Assembly: GCA_040954595.2 (NCBI GenBank)
Contig: CM082595.2
Span: 5,978,137-6,042,136 of the forward strand
Length of the DNA stretch: 64,000 bases
Source: Balanoglossus misakiensis
Taxonomy: Eukaryota; Animalia; Hemichordata
Reading direction: 5' to 3'
In this document: positions 48,701-63,181 of the stretch, piece after piece
Layout of the letters: each line of letters opens with the position of its first letter
How positions within the stretch are numbered: the first letter of the stretch is position 1
The notes under the pieces: generated by a model
The model's database searches: none
What the model was told of the DNA's origin: nothing
The model's input: only the letters and a program-made list of their open reading frames with translations
Translations under genes and position numbers: made by a program

Positions 48701-51496
48701 ATGCTTGTACCCTGACAGTAGCTGCAGTGAACTTACCTGAGCGGCACAATGTGTACGGCAACTGACTTTTAGGGATTTTCTTTCAGCCACGTGCACTCGC
48801 CTGAAACAATATTTAAAAATATAATTTTAGTATTTCAAATAAATTATGGGTAAAATCTATCGTTAGACAACCTCATGCAAGCTGACTTGTTTTTAATATG
48901 GCCCTACACAGAACACAGACATACTGGGATTTGCTTATTCCTTTCCTTCGCATTCGTGCATAACAAGTGTGTGATTTGACGTAAACAATAATCACTAGAG
49001 CCTTCTATTTTGCAATGCTTTTGGATCGATGTGATCGCTTGCGTTGTACATATATACAATGTACTAGTAGGTTTCAATCAAGCTCTAGGATCTAATTAAA
49101 GAATTGCTAATTCTGGAAGGACAACTTGACATCAGCAGGGCTCTGTTACAACATCAGAATATCCTAATCGCTAATTGCCCAGATGTCTTTTAATATTACT
49201 TGGGTGATCTGGACATGATGGAACAAGTACGGTGTATCTACATAGCGACTAATCGTTCTGAATAGACAAAAGGCTTAGAGACGTGATTAAAACTTAGATT
49301 CTGCATGTTTCCCTGTCTCTCTGTCTGGGGTCATATATAAGGGGTCCGCACGCTACGTTTTGCAGTGCACAAGCTAGTTTTTCTATGGCGACTATATTTG
49401 AACAGTTGCATACAAATCAAGCAGTGCAAACGTTATACCATTTGACAAGTATTCTCTTTAGTTGTCGTTGCCAGAACTGACAATATTTCATAGATATACT
49501 CGAATTTCTACAGATGACATTGTAGAATGTGGTGACCGTTCTAAGAATGGGTATAGGCCCCTGCTTCATAAACGCAAGGTATTATCGAAAACAAGAATGC
49601 CCAACAAGGTATGGGGAAATTATGCATGCATAGTGCATATACTGAAGCGCTGAAAATAGATGGGGGATATTTATTCATTTCGCATTTTAGTTACCGTTAC
49701 GTGACTTATGTGAACAATTAGCTAATGATCGCCTCCGAGAACAACGAAGCTGCTAAAACAAACGCTCCCATTGTCGTGTTTGTCTCAAGGATCTTAACAA
49801 CAGCTGGTGAGAGATAATGGGAGGCCCATTTGGTAATGTCTTAATGTTATAGTACGGATTGAGAGAGAGGAGGGGGGAGAGACGGACAGACAACAGACAC
49901 GTGCCTATGTTTGCGGCACTTACCCCCTCGAACACAACAAAATTCAACCGTGAGACATACTGGCTTGCTTTAAAATAACCTACAATTATATAACATCTCC
50001 CTTCCCTCGGTGGCAACGTATCACCGCATCACTGATATAAATTAAGCAACGTTGGCTGTTCTGTTCTCGCACGGGGACAGGATTATGGCTGCATATCGAG
50101 GGGCATAGATGCTGTTCATAAATATTTCACGCGATAATCCAGTGCGTCTTATTTTTATGCCGTGTGTACGCTTCTCTGATCGCTTGTACGTCATTTAAAA
50201 TTCGTCGAATGACTCTGTGACATTTGTGCTGGCTTCTTAACATGCCTGCCTTAACCTTATAGACATATCAGCTGTCCACCACCCCAAACCCATTATTCAA
50301 TGACAACTGAGTCTCAATCCCAGGGAACAAGACTTCCACTGGGACATCTTTTCATGGTGGAAGCTTAGAGTCGCATATTTTTTTTATTCAACACACAAGA
50401 AAAGCTGGCAGCGAATAATATGTTATGTTGTTAACGTAACCGTAAAACGTGATACGCCAATAAAATGTACTTTTCAAGGCTAATCGGAAGAAGGTTCAGC
50501 TCCGACGCATTACTGAAACCCAGCGGCCACGGACGGTGAAGATTGAATGATGTAATAAACAGTAACATGCAGTAGACTGCCTGCAAGATTTCTCCCGCAA
50601 AAATAACAAGAACGAAGGTCTAACTCGATAAGGATTGCGTTTTACCGGGGGTACACACAGCTCAAGGTCATCGCGGGCAGTTTAACTTCGTTTGGTGAAT
50701 TGTTCAACTGGAGTCGTGATCCGTTTAAAATCTGGCGCCTGTCCAATCGTCTTGGCTCTGTTCTCTCAACTGGCATGGCATAAACGATTTAAAGCAGTTG
50801 ATGCGCGCGGCTCAGCGCAGTGTGGTTATCACTAAGGAGCAATTACTCATCTGACGCAGAGGTGTTCCAAAGTTCACGACTCGACGACCTAGATGGGATT
50901 TCTTTAAGCCCCATTGTGGCAATAACTGTCGAAAGTAATGTACATCTGTATTCAGTACAGGTGTTGTGTTTTCGTGTTGCATATACACCCTCGAAATAAA
51001 AGGAGATAAATCTTTCATGTTTTCATCAGGTCGCTGTTTGTCACACTCAAGATGTTACTCAGCACATTTGGTGCCGTCGGGCGAGTGTAAAATGGTTATA
51101 TATTATACAATAGAAAACCAGTGCTTTGGAATAAGCTTACATCTCTGAAGACGAGCTGAATAAAGTAAAGACGTTCTAGGAATCATTGATTGGCCTGAAG
51201 GTAGCGTTGCTGATCCTACGCCCCATTTATATTCGGATCGATACAGGTGTGTTTTGCTTTTTGTTGGCCAATTTCTTCTAACGCAAACGGGGCTCCACCA
51301 GGGAACTAGACATTAGGCATGCGCGTCATTGCATGAGTACTCCTTAGATATTGATACACAAGTAGTTTTGTCACAATGTGGAGAAAAAGCTCTCGCTACC
51401 TTAAATAGTGTTTTACCACCTAGGTGAGTGATAAAAATCGCATTTCAAGATGGCAGAAGTACGCAGCTAGAAAATAAGTTTAATGTTTGTAATAAC

Positions 51497-51770
51497 ATTT
51501 TGCTCAAGACAATTTTTGACTATTCTCTCTCAAAATTACATTGTAACATTTGAAGGTCACGGTGCAAAATTTTGAATGAGCGAGCAAATTGTGTGAAGCA
51601 TGAAATTCAAAATGGCCGCCAATGTCTATGTTAACTTCATGGAGAACATTATATTATCGATTTTGATAAAAATCAAAACGTTTTTAAAAAGACTCCTCTC
51701 ACAGAAAGGTTTGGAGGATTATATTTTTTTCTGAAAAATCTGTCCCCGAGGCGAATATATGCACTATCTT
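51497..51770 (-). mobile_element. Family 2 element, diverged reverse copy
   Basis: TATTCTCTCTCAAAATT, TGAAATTCAAAATGGCCGCC, TTTTTTTCTGAAAAATCTGTCCCCGAGGCG (reverse complement of the 38730 region). Confidence 0.7.
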
Positions 51771-52056
51771 GGTAGTCGTCTGCGGTAGCTAAAGACCAGG
51801 CAGTGAGTTTCCCTGTGAGTGCCGTTTCCATGTCTAATATGACAGGGAAATCACAGCATTATAAGTTCATTCTCCGCACACTGTGCAATGGTGACTTTGG
51901 GGCTTAATTTCAATTCTACTGTCAGTGAGGAAGTCGTCAAATTTGCAGACATCATTGTGTATGCATCTCAATGACGACAGTGGTTGCGTGACTTATACGT
52001 GGTTAGTTTTCCGGGGGCTTACAGATGCCTGGCTGCGATATTTGTACCATGCCGAG

Positions 52057-52240
52057 TGACGTCACGGGAGTTTTCAATCATTCCGTTCGTCTGGTGTGTG
52101 TGTCAGGCGAGCGAGACGTTTGCTGTCGTGCACGAGACTATTATAGGCAGCCAGCCAATCTCGTCCGCTGAGGCCCAGAAACTCGAAATCACCCAATTCT
52201 CATATAAATAGAACGCGGATGGCTTCTGGCAGAAGAGGAG
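52057..52240 (+). promoter_or_regulatory. Candidate Pol II promoter: CRE, CCAAT box, TATA box
   Basis: TGACGTCA at 52057, GCCAATC at 52154, TATAAATAG at 52203 in canonical order within a CpG-rich patch, 5.5 kb upstream of and co-oriented with the coding exon. Confidence 0.55.
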
Positions 52241-55200
52241 AACTGGGGTCGTATTGGCGCAAACGTCATCGCTCGGTATCCCCCCCCCCCCCCCCGACTA
52301 ATGGGTTTAAAAAGTGGGCCTGTCAACCGGCAGTTGGAGGCTAGAAATCCATACAGGTTCTCCGCGAAATTTTACACCGTTCTCCTTCAAATTCACGAAC
52401 GAACTTCAAGGCTCCGGTTTCAGATTAACTGTCAGAGGCAGATTAAATCAGGGAGGAGAACTGGAATTAAAAAGCTGCGAGGAAGCGATCTAAGCGTCTA
52501 ATTTCTGGAAAACCTTAGGAGTGAACATCGTATTCTTTCAGTTCACCCCAGCTGTAAAATGACTGAAATGACGTGTGATGCGTTCTAACCATACCAGTTC
52601 TAACAGCTGCGGATTCCTCCAGTGTGGTAGACGTTCAACCATCTGCCTTCATGAATAACAAACGCATTTTTATCAATCCCCTCGACGGTGCTCAGATCAT
52701 CACCCAAGACCGCTATCTTGTCCAAATAGATAAGGCGGGCGATGCGCGCAGCCGAACGGGCTTATCTTCATTTTGTGAAGTGCAGTAAACCCCTTAAGAG
52801 TCAACTTCTCGGAATATCTCAATGGCATGAATATTCACACATCCCTGGGGTAACCAAAAGAAACGCCGATGGTATGAGAAAAGACTACATTTTTAGATTT
52901 CAGTACCAGCAACGGAAGGAGCAAAATTCATGTAAGTCGCATTATAAACACTTCATGATAGCTGTTGAAGATCTTTCACGTTCGTATTCAAAAGTGCGGC
53001 CAGGTTTTACTTCACTTTCCTTCTATGTCTGTCTGTTTGTCCCTGTCTGTATGTCTGTCTGTCTGTCACAACAACATTTTCTTTCTATAGTATACTAAAA
53101 GCGCATTACATATGTATACTGCAAGGTCGCGTAGCTTGTATATTTTCAACAACCATGATAGTTGTACACAAATGATTTTACGTCAAGATTTCAGTTCTAT
53201 GTACATGCAAATGCGTTGCTAATTGCGCGCTCTTCCGGCTAGCTCAAAACAGCTGAACGAGACACTGCAGTTGAATAGGGAACAAAGGGAGAAAACAAAT
53301 ATAGCCTGAAGTTGCAGCTATTGAAGTTTGAAACTGTAGGCCAACTTATTTCCTTTAGCTTTACATAGAAAACAGTGACAATGGCGGTTTGTAGTGTCAT
53401 TGTTAGGCGTGGCCACAACACCACATGAATTCCTGGTAAAAGTCGAAATGACGTCACAGAAAATCGAAATGATACAAGTTTTATGACTTGGCTTAAAATG
53501 TAAGTTTCTCAAAATCACATGGATTTTGCCGGATTCTTAAAGTTCAAATAATTTAAAGTAAGCGAAAAATTAATAAACACAAACAAGTTACGAGAACTTA
53601 AGACAGTGGGCACAATTATTTAATGTATTTATGTTTGCCATTTAAAGTTTTTAAATTTATGTTTCTTTCATGTTTATATTCTGCCTCTTCGTTTGTTTAT
53701 TTTAATTTTTTTTAGATAGGTATCATTAGTTTCAACATTTCCTATATTATGTTATGAATATTCACTTGTCGACAGGTCTCATCTCAATATTCCATACTTT
53801 CAAACATCGAGCTCAAAATAGTTTCAGTGTCGCTGTTTGGAGTTGTAGTGGGCGTATGGAAACGCATTCACGCTGACAGAACGTTAGTTCAGGGCAAGAC
53901 GGCCACTTCTTCTCCTGACGTTAAACACCTCCGCCATTTGCGGATACGGGGATTTACGGTTAAGCTGGCGAAGGTGTTTCATTTTACATGCTGATAACAA
54001 CGACGCACTCGCCGATTGGCCCACGCGGGTCAAAGGTTGTGACGCGAATAATGCTGACGGCCGCGAGATTATTAGCGAGAGATAGTATCTACAGATGCCG
54101 GGGTTTAAGAGCCAGTGTTGATAGCTGTTGCCGTGGCGGAGTCTATGGGTTGTAGCCATTTTCCGGGTGTTCTGTATACACACATCTCAACACAGATGGG
54201 TACACGTGATGGAGCTGTCTTAATCAGATTTGCAGTACCAAAGGCCCCTACCCACGTAAGTAGATTAGGGTATGCGACGGTTCTGAACACCTTAAAATGA
54301 AATTCTACGCAGCCGAGTCTCTTTCCCCGTGTCGTTAATTCTCAACACAACATTGTGGTCTTGATCAAGTGGCGAGTTTTATTCACTTATCCTGTCCCTT
54401 CTTGTTAATGTTAAAGGGGAGAGGAAAGGCAGGGAAGTAATTTTAAATGCTTGCCTTAGAGTATCTCCAGCTGCAGCCTGCATTATTGTTTTACCATCAA
54501 GCTTTGAGTTTCTTGCTAATATAATTCCTCACTATCCAGTATGGTTCTTGGAACAATAGACTGCTGTCTGTATGCTATTGTTATTTGTTTTTCGTGTTCG
54601 GACTAAAAATTAATATCTAACGATGATATCGATAACTGCACAAACATGGATTACGTTCATTAGAAGATGGAGTTATTACACTATCACTAAATAAAAAATA
54701 TGCCGAGTTGCTTATTAATAACTAATCACTCAAACATATATATATATATTATGAGAATAGGTGAAAAGATGCAGTCGAGATGAAAAATAGAAATTCAACA
54801 ATAAAGAAAATATAAAAATATAAAAACCAATAGTATGACAGGGAATATGTTTCATAAGATGACAAATGCCAAAAATATACTTTACTGTGATAAATATTTT
54901 AATCTAACATGCTGAAGTCGTATAAAATTCATACGACGCAAATTTCCTTCTTAATAAGCCCATAAAACATATCCACAATGGATTTGTCTGGATAATGTAA
55001 ACAAATATTGTGTTTTATGGTTTGGGGCACTTTGTGGATATTAATGATCGGTATCATTCACATGTATACATTTGAGTGATGATTCAATATAGACGGATTT
55101 GTCATTTAGTATAATTTAATATTTACGAAGAAATCGACTTATGAAGAAATCGAGTAAAAGACGATATTTTCAGCGGGCTATGTAGATGTGGACGGGTGAA

Positions 55201-56520
55201 TTGGTTAAACATTGCAGTGCGATCTCGGCTACGGATTAAGAGTTAAGTAGTCCGGGATTTGTCAATTCCGAGCATGTGTTAAATTCAGTGTTACGATGAC
55301 GTCAGTGCGATGTGTTATACCGAGAGCTTGTGTTGGTGTCATTGAAAAAAATGCAGTTCATGTTTTTTGTAGTTGTTCCGCGCTCTTGCAGTTTGGCTTA
55401 TTATCTGTTCCAGTGTTTGCCCAAATTGCACGTCCAAGGGTAATTTTTGAATAGCCCCATTACCTAGAATTCAACCAAGGGAATAAATCAGTTCGACACT
55501 GGCTATTTTCGCCACGGTCGTTATTTTTCCTTTCAGCGTATCCTTCCGAGTGTCAGTGAACTCTAGGCGCTCTCTCAGCGCCTTGTAATGGAATACTTGG
55601 GGGAAAAGCAGAGTTGGGTTTAATGCGAGTTGCCAAGGGCCACAAGTGGATTACTCAAGCGGACGTGAATCTTACAGCCCCTTTTCATCTAATTTGCAAA
55701 TGGCAACTGCGGGGCCATCTCGACCAATCGTTGGCTCAGAAACCAGGGTCACGTGCGTGAAAGGACCTGTGCAAAACCGTATGCCAACTGGGAGTACAAA
55801 GTACCAGAAAAAATGACGGAGGGGTGACGAGCGTGCTCGTACGCAAGTTTATATGATGTCCAGATCGCTTTAAATGTAATTAACTTTCTCACTATAGTAA
55901 AATCAATACAACACAAGAACAGTAAGGTATCGGAAACGGGTCTTGTTGATATTAACGAACTATCGCTAATGAGATTAAAATACAAGACGCCATAATTAAC
56001 TGTGAGAAACCTACAAAATGTTTTTGAAATGACAGTAATTTTTATAGCCTTCTAGCTGTGGGTGGCAATGTCTAAGGTACTTGAATGTCACCATTTTGCA
56101 CCGAATTGGCCTACCGAGAGTAATAACTTCCTATTCGTAAGTGGCCGTTCCGTAAACATTTTTAAATGCGTGGTACTGCACGTATACACGGTGTATTCGA
56201 CGCCAGGCAAAATAATGACTCATAAACCGGTTTGAGCTAAATGATAGAATTTGTCGTTTTAATTAAAAAGCTCGTTGTCGTCCCTATAACTGGTATAATG
56301 CCGACTTTAATGTCAGCGACGGACGCGTTAGGGACGACGCGCCAGTCTGCGTACCGGATATGACGACATAGCCGCGGGCAGGGCCAATCCGACGAATGAC
56401 AAACAAGGCTAATAATGCTCGGGGATGCCATGTATATACTTGTCAACACCCGGATGAGGACTACACGGCTTCATCCAAACGCACGCAATGACATTACCGG
56501 TAATTTAAGACAAGGCTATT

Positions 56521-56753
56521 TATTGAATTAAAACCGTGTTTGCGACCACCGTATCTTTACTATAATCCGTCCAAAACACAAACATCAAACGTTGAGCTGC
56601 CCTGACCTGTTGTTTTTAACATGTTTAATTGTTTTAAAACATCTATTGAATTAAAACCGTGTTTTCGACTACTGTTACTATAATCCGTCCAAAAACACAA
56701 ACATCAAGCGTTGAACTGTTCTGGCGTGTTCTGTTTGTTTTGAACATTTTTAA
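56521..56753. repeat. Diverged tandem duplication, period ~123 bp
   Basis: TATTGAATTAAAACCGTGTTT at 56521 and 56644; both copies contain TTACTATAATCCGTCCAAAA. Confidence 0.92.
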
Positions 56754-57771
56754 CAACGGACAATTAAGACTGCATATAAAAGATGTATGATATAAGAGCA
56801 AATAATATGAGAGCCAAAAAAGGTGAGGAGAAAGTTGAAGACCGGGAAAAGGAAAAAAACTAAATAAAGCTGAAACGGATATTAGTATGACAATTTTATG
56901 AGTTTTTCAATAAAAGTTTAAAAAATACCCTTTTGGGGAAAAAAATCCAAAACACGTATTTCCATGTAATTTCCCTTAACGACTTGCATGCCTGATGAAT
57001 GCAAATCACGGTATTCGATTATCTTGGAATTATATTCCATTATCATATGCCGAACCACCACAATTTCGCTCGTTATCAAGCGACAAATTGGGGAAAATTG
57101 CGGGCTGACACCAGGTGCTAAGATTTCTACTGTGCGTATTGCGTATCATTTAAATCTGCTTGCGGTTACATTGCATGCGGTCGACGTCTGATGGTGAATC
57201 GATAGCTTCAGTGGGCAGGACTCAAAGCTGGCTGCGTTATTACCGATGACAACGAGTCGGCGCTGAAGGGGTGCAAGTCTTCGGTGGAAGGGAAGGCAAA
57301 TTATTCTATTCCTCGTTCATAATACCACGGCCCTGCGTGGTATTTCCAAAGAGAGGGATACTGAGTTCAAAATTACCGTTTTCATGGCCAGGTCCCTCTG
57401 TATTAGTGCGATTAGGAAAATTAGCATCATCTGAATGGAGTGAAATAATCATCGCGGTAATGCGATAGCGGTACTCTCCCTGCCCACTTGACGTCAAAAG
57501 GAAGTTGCACCAATCGATTCAACCTCTGAATTCGGCTCCGACAAAGGAGACCCTCCTGTTTAAGAGTAAAATACTCATTTCTTTTCTGACACGATCCTAT
57601 CCTAACTTTTCGTAGCTGAAATCTACACATGTGATGTTAACACCGTGTAATGTTTTAGTCATTGTCTGGGTGGGTAGAAAGATTATATGAAATCGTTCTT
57701 TGGCAAAAAAAGATCACATTTGAGAACACCTAGCCTTGTTTGAGTAATCGTATTTTTTCATCTGATTACAG

Positions 57772-59270
57772 AGTCAATGACCGCAGTGTTATGCGTTTCA
57801 CCATGTGCAGACTGGAGGTCGTGCAGTGTTTTTTATTCATATTGGTTGTCGTCCAGGAGAGCGGTCTGACGGAACACGTCGCATTCCAGCGACCCGTTTC
57901 TCGCGAGCCCCGCCAATTTGGAGAGCATACGCTGTCATTGGTGGCTTCGGCGGCATCGGTTGTGAGTGCAGCAGCGGCCCCGTCGCTATCGACAGCGGAG
58001 CGTTCCAGCACCTCGGGACGTCATTTGCAGCCCAGTCCGGCGCCCACAACCGGTTCTCTTTCACATCAATTGGAACCATCGACACCCATCCACCGCGAGT
58101 TTACAACAGATCTACCGAGGACACCGCACCTAGTAGCGTCAGGTGGCCTCTTCACGCGAATCACAGCTGCGCCGCTACCCGCCTCTATTCTCTCGTCGGA
58201 GATTCAGCTAACTCGATCTCCGCTTGCTGATGACAGAACTCTACCGTTACAGCCGCACTCGCAATTTCCTGAGACGCTAGAACATTCTGAGATTTCATTT
58301 CACTCGGATCGGGCAGCTGTTGCCATAGAAACAAGTTCGCTCCTCAGCATCTCGTCGGGTGTATTTGCCGGAGACGGTTCAAGCGATGGTGTTGCCTCGG
58401 CAACCGCGCGCCGGATATTACCTCATCATTTATCTAGACTATCTGATGCGCATTTGCAGAAGTTGCTGAGCTTGGATGGGGAGACGGGCGGAAGAGCGTT
58501 CTCTTCGCACACATTAAGAACGGAAAGCGAAGCAATATCACCCGCCAGATTGGAACATTCGACTCCTCTATCTGACAGAATTCTTTGGAGCCACACGGAG
58601 GGGGAAATCTCCGCCACGCAGGCAGCGCCCATAAAAGGGAGCCAGGAAAGACGACTTGACTCGGTGATACCCGGGACAAGTTTGGGGAGTCCCCGACAAA
58701 CCCGCTACCTGATATCGCCGACACCGTCGATTCATCCGACGGCCAGCCAGGCTGCCCAACCTGGCAGAAGTTACCGGTTGCTGACATTCAGCGCGGGGGA
58801 CCAACCTCTACACGCCACGGAGTCACTGCCCGGAAATTTCCAATCGACTAGTCAATCTAAGACTCTCGAGGGCGCAGAGGGGGTCGACGGCAGCCCTGTA
58901 AAGTTGAGCACTGCGTGGCAGCCAACAAGTGCCGTTGTCGTGGAAACGCCTTCACAGCCCACTTACGGGGCAATCAAGAATGAAAGTAATGATCTCTCAG
59001 AAAGTGCCGTTTTCTCGTCGACAAGAAGCCTCCACCCAACTTCCCCTGCCGCTGGAACTTCCAATGACACTCTAATCACCACCACCACTCCACAACAGAA
59101 ACCCAGTCGGCCGGCAACGATGGCACAAAATGAAACCCACGCCCTGCTGCCGCAGAACGACACAGCATCTGTAACGTCGGTGACGTCACTCCTCTCCAAG
59201 GAAACACATGTAACACAAGGACTTGAATCCACAACCACAAAAACAGAAGTTTCGACGGTACTTTTTTCAG
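57772..59270 (+). CDS. Large coding exon of a secreted or cell-surface protein: N-terminal signal-peptide-like segment plus Ser/Thr/Pro-rich mucin-like region (gene incomplete)
   Basis: 1.5-kb open frame with raised GC; acceptor TTTTTTCATCTGATTACAG at 57771; in-frame ATGs at 57791 and 57803 (ACCATG); hydrophobic VVQCFLFILVVV; N-glycosylation sequons (NES, NDT, NET); donor CAG|GTATGT at 59270/59271 (phase 1). Confidence 0.85.
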
Positions 59271-60660
59271 GTATGTTTCTCTGATACTATATATCCTCGC
59301 AGTATACAGCGAAAACGGTTTGAGCTGCACAAAGGGAATGTACATATATTTTTTTTCATTAGTCCAGTTGATAAGAAACAATGTTTGCATAAAATGTTGC
59401 CAGTCTCAGCTGAAAAGAAACAGTTATTACACAAATTGTTGCAATTCTCACAAGGACACCTGTTGACACGAGGATAATGGTTTGTGAAGTTGATACTTCC
59501 TTATCACTACTTCTGGACCACACAGTGGCTTTTTTTCATTTTCTTTGAATGGGAATAACAGACAAAGTGTTTCTTTTTTACTCTATTTGATAAACAATCA
59601 ATGGTCAGTATATTTCTTCTGTGCGCGCAGCTCAAACCGTTTTCATTGTAAATGTTCTATATTTGAGTGTTTGATATTTTTGCATAAAGCCAGCGACACG
59701 GCGACTAGATTTTCAATTTCGATTTCGATTGTAGAAGTGCAACAGAAAAAAATGTAATAGTGGTAACACAAGGGGTTTTGTAGCTCATTTGCAGTTAGAT
59801 GGAACACTCGTTGCCCGCTGTGAAGCACACCGTCGTTTCTTATCTCTCACTCTAAAGAGGGTCTGAAATGGATTCCTGATTTCAATAGACGCTCGGATTT
59901 GTATACTCTCTTCAACTAAGAGACAAGCTGGGCTTCAGAGCGCAACAAAATGCCCTTTTTTGAACTATAGTGACCCATCTTGCGGTCGACGACACTAATA
60001 AGGTGGAGAGCCGGCTAGAAAGATTACTGTCACGTGTAGTCGCAATGGAGCATAAAAGTTGTTTTGCTCAAGGCAAAGTTAGATGGGCTTTGTGTTTGGT
60101 TATTCGGGAAAACCATTTTCGCTATATATTACTTGCGCGACTTACACAAAAAAAGGAGTGAAAGTTGCACTCTCGGGCTTTTGAACTTAATGCATTTTGA
60201 ATAGAGGGGGAAAGCGTCAAATTTCGTCACGTGATATGACACGCCGTTTCCCGATGGGTAAGGCTTTTCAAACTAACGTTCACGGCAGATTTCGCATTTA
60301 GAAATGACTTTAGGGGAAGTCTGAATATCAGTTACTCAGTATGTGCAGCTGTCGTATAGCTGTTATGTATTTGAAATATATACCAATCGAAGTGGCCTCA
60401 TTTTCACAAGTGTCTTTGCCGAGTTACGCAGACGACCAGCACGACACAAAACGATAAGATTCATGATCCCTTACACGTTTCTCTCGTCACCTGACATGTT
60501 TTAGTGAGGGGCCAGTTATTTTGACCAAGGGGGAAAAGATATTAAGATTCTTAACACGCGCGGGATATAGGCCTATAGACTCAGATGACGTAGATCGCCG
60601 TTTATCAAATGGTACATCTTCCTGGATGGCTGAGACAACTGAACTCAGTCTGAATTACCA

Positions 60661-60862
60661 GGGTGTACGGTCACCTCTAATTTGCATAACTTTGCATATG
60701 CCTATGTATGGTCCATCAAAAAGGCGTGCCTTAAGTTCCAATGATATTGCGGTGGCACACTTTTTCGCGTTTGCCAACAACCAAAAATCTGTGATTGGCT
60801 TTATCTCAATATCCCATGGTAACAATGGTTCAATTTGCATACATGTAGGTGACCGTATACCT
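60661..60862 (-). mobile_element. MITE family 1, copy c (probably intronic)
   Basis: GGGTGTACGGTCACCT … AGGTGACCGTATACCT|TTAA; interior TTTTTCGCG…AAAATCTGTGATTGGCT…CCATGGTAAC as in copy b. Confidence 0.85.
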
Positions 60863-63125
60863 TTAAAGGGGGACAGCCCTCTGAACCACCTCTAAACGAC
60901 GCGTAAAATACTCTGCAAAATGATACGAAAAAACACTCACCGACTCTGTTTTTCATCACACCTGGAAAAGTCAAGGCTGCTTCGCTTACTCCGTTTTTCT
61001 TGGTTATTTGGGATCTCAGCCACTGAAAGTAAAAAATAGGTTAAATGAAACTTCGGATCACACATGGTAGTTTTTGAAACACAATAATCTATTCTGAACA
61101 ACCATGCAACTGTTAAACTCCAAAACCTGTTTCTGCACCATCTAATATCAACGTGCAGTCTGCAGAGGAGAGAGATTGAACGCGGCCTTACAAATTCAGT
61201 CTGCCTGTACGTACAAGAGGGGAGATGAGATTTACCGCGGATTCCATTAACCATATCGGCTTATAAGCTTAAAGACTGAGACGGATTTTGAGAACCAGCG
61301 TCACTTTGGTGACTACAGCGCGCAAGCGTTCAAGGTGACGTCGCAGAGTGTGGGTTTTATGCGTTTACGCAGAATAATCTCACTGCGTCTGAGTTAGGCC
61401 AAATCAGTGAATTCTTTGTTTTGCGTCTACTCAAAATTTTAAAAGAATGGCGGGTAGGGTAGTTATAAAGCATCATTAAGTATAACAACAAAGAAATGTA
61501 TACCCAAGATTAGTTGTAGTGCGATTCCATGTTTGACAACAACTGCAGATTGATTACGCGACATTAAAGGAGATGAATTGGTGCTGTGTATGTAGATTTT
61601 TTGGCGACGAAATGACGTTGAAAATTCAAATTCATCAACGTATTTACTCCAATTCCTGCGAGTGACACGCTTCAACGCAGGCGGTCTTGCGCAAAAGGAA
61701 ATTACACAAATTAAGTTCGGTGGCGTGTTTCCTTGATTTCGAATGAAAGCATACATTTCCAGTATTGGTTCATTGCTCGCCGTCATGCCGCTTTTTAACT
61801 GGAAAGGTCCTTCACCCCATGGCAGATTAATCGCCGTTTAATTTTGAACGAGAGGCAATCGTTTCCTCTTCCCGACAAACAGGACCGACCGTTTTGATTA
61901 ATATTCTTGAGAAGATCAAGCTACATGTATACTTCAAGCTTTGATTAATTGATTCCCAGGGAAATTTCGCCTCTTGGCCTAAACATCATTCGGGTTAAGT
62001 CAACGGTGCCTAAAACACCCGATTACCGGCCACAAACGGCTAACCTGCCCCGAATAGACCACATGGTCAGCGCAGGTCTAAAATCCAACTTTTATTTCCT
62101 CCAAAAATTTTTATCCCGGCAAAATCCCTGACACAAAATATGACGTCACCCACGACAGCTATCATCAATAATGAATATGTACATTTGAAAAAAAGCATTT
62201 CGAATGCCTCCTGAGATTGTGGTAAGGCATTCCCAGTTTCTCTCCCCTGTCTCCCTTCTATCAAACATTGCCGTTAATCGTGATGCCATGGGGGTATTTT
62301 TTAACTTCAATATGTCTGCCTAGCTTATAATTTTAATGGGATCATATGCCAGGGGGTTGTACATGTACATGCTGCGCATTTCGGCATCCTGAATCACACA
62401 CTGTTTGACGGCAAACGATACGCCGTAAAAGAGACTACTGTTTTAGGTTTATCGTGGCTTGGTGAGGTGTGATTTCGTGTTTTTATGCTCGAGATCAATA
62501 TGTCCTCAAAGCACTTTAATACCATGTCGCGTGTTTACTACATATCGCATGTATCCATCAACCTCTCTCTTTCCCCCTTCCACCTCCCTCCCCTCTCCTC
62601 CCCATCTCTCCGGGTATAATGAACCGCTGTATAGCAGTTCATTGACGTTCTGCAAACGCGTACAATTTGAATTGCCGCTCGCCTCCTGCGTCATCTGTGT
62701 CAATCCAACATTGAAACAGTCGAAAAACCAAATATAAAACCTATATGAAGTTAATCTCGTTTTCGCCGCGCACTGCAGCACTTTTCATATTATCCATCTC
62801 ATCGGAAATCAATTGAATGTTTTCAAATTCGGATATGGACGGCGAACGCACCATGATTAATTCAAAACCAATGACAAGCGGGTACTTGAAAGAAGCCCCA
62901 CGATACAATTTAATAAAAAAAACTGTCTCAATCGCACAGGCGCGAAATTAAATACAAAGCACAAAGGTTAATGTTTTCATAGAGTATTTCCAAAAGGCCT
63001 AAAGGTTAGCCAGAAAAAAACATCAGGCACTCTTGATATAAAATGCTCATTCACACAACGCACACTTATTAATATTTTGAAAAAAAATGCATGATTGTAT
63101 ATACGTCCATGACTTTCTGTTGCAG

Positions 63126-63181
63126 ATTGCGACTGTGACGTAGCACGTCCAGTGCAGACAACACGACCTGATCAACAATGA
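63126..63181 (+). CDS. Possible next or terminal exon (would add DCDCDVARPVQTTRPDQQ*)
   Basis: Acceptor CTTTCTGTTGCAG at 63125, read in phase 1 to match the 59270 donor. A competing acceptor exists at 63387; speculative. Confidence 0.2.

Noticed and set aside
57766-59238. Several overlapping antisense and alternative-frame ORFs
   Set aside because: Shadows of the GC-richer real exon.
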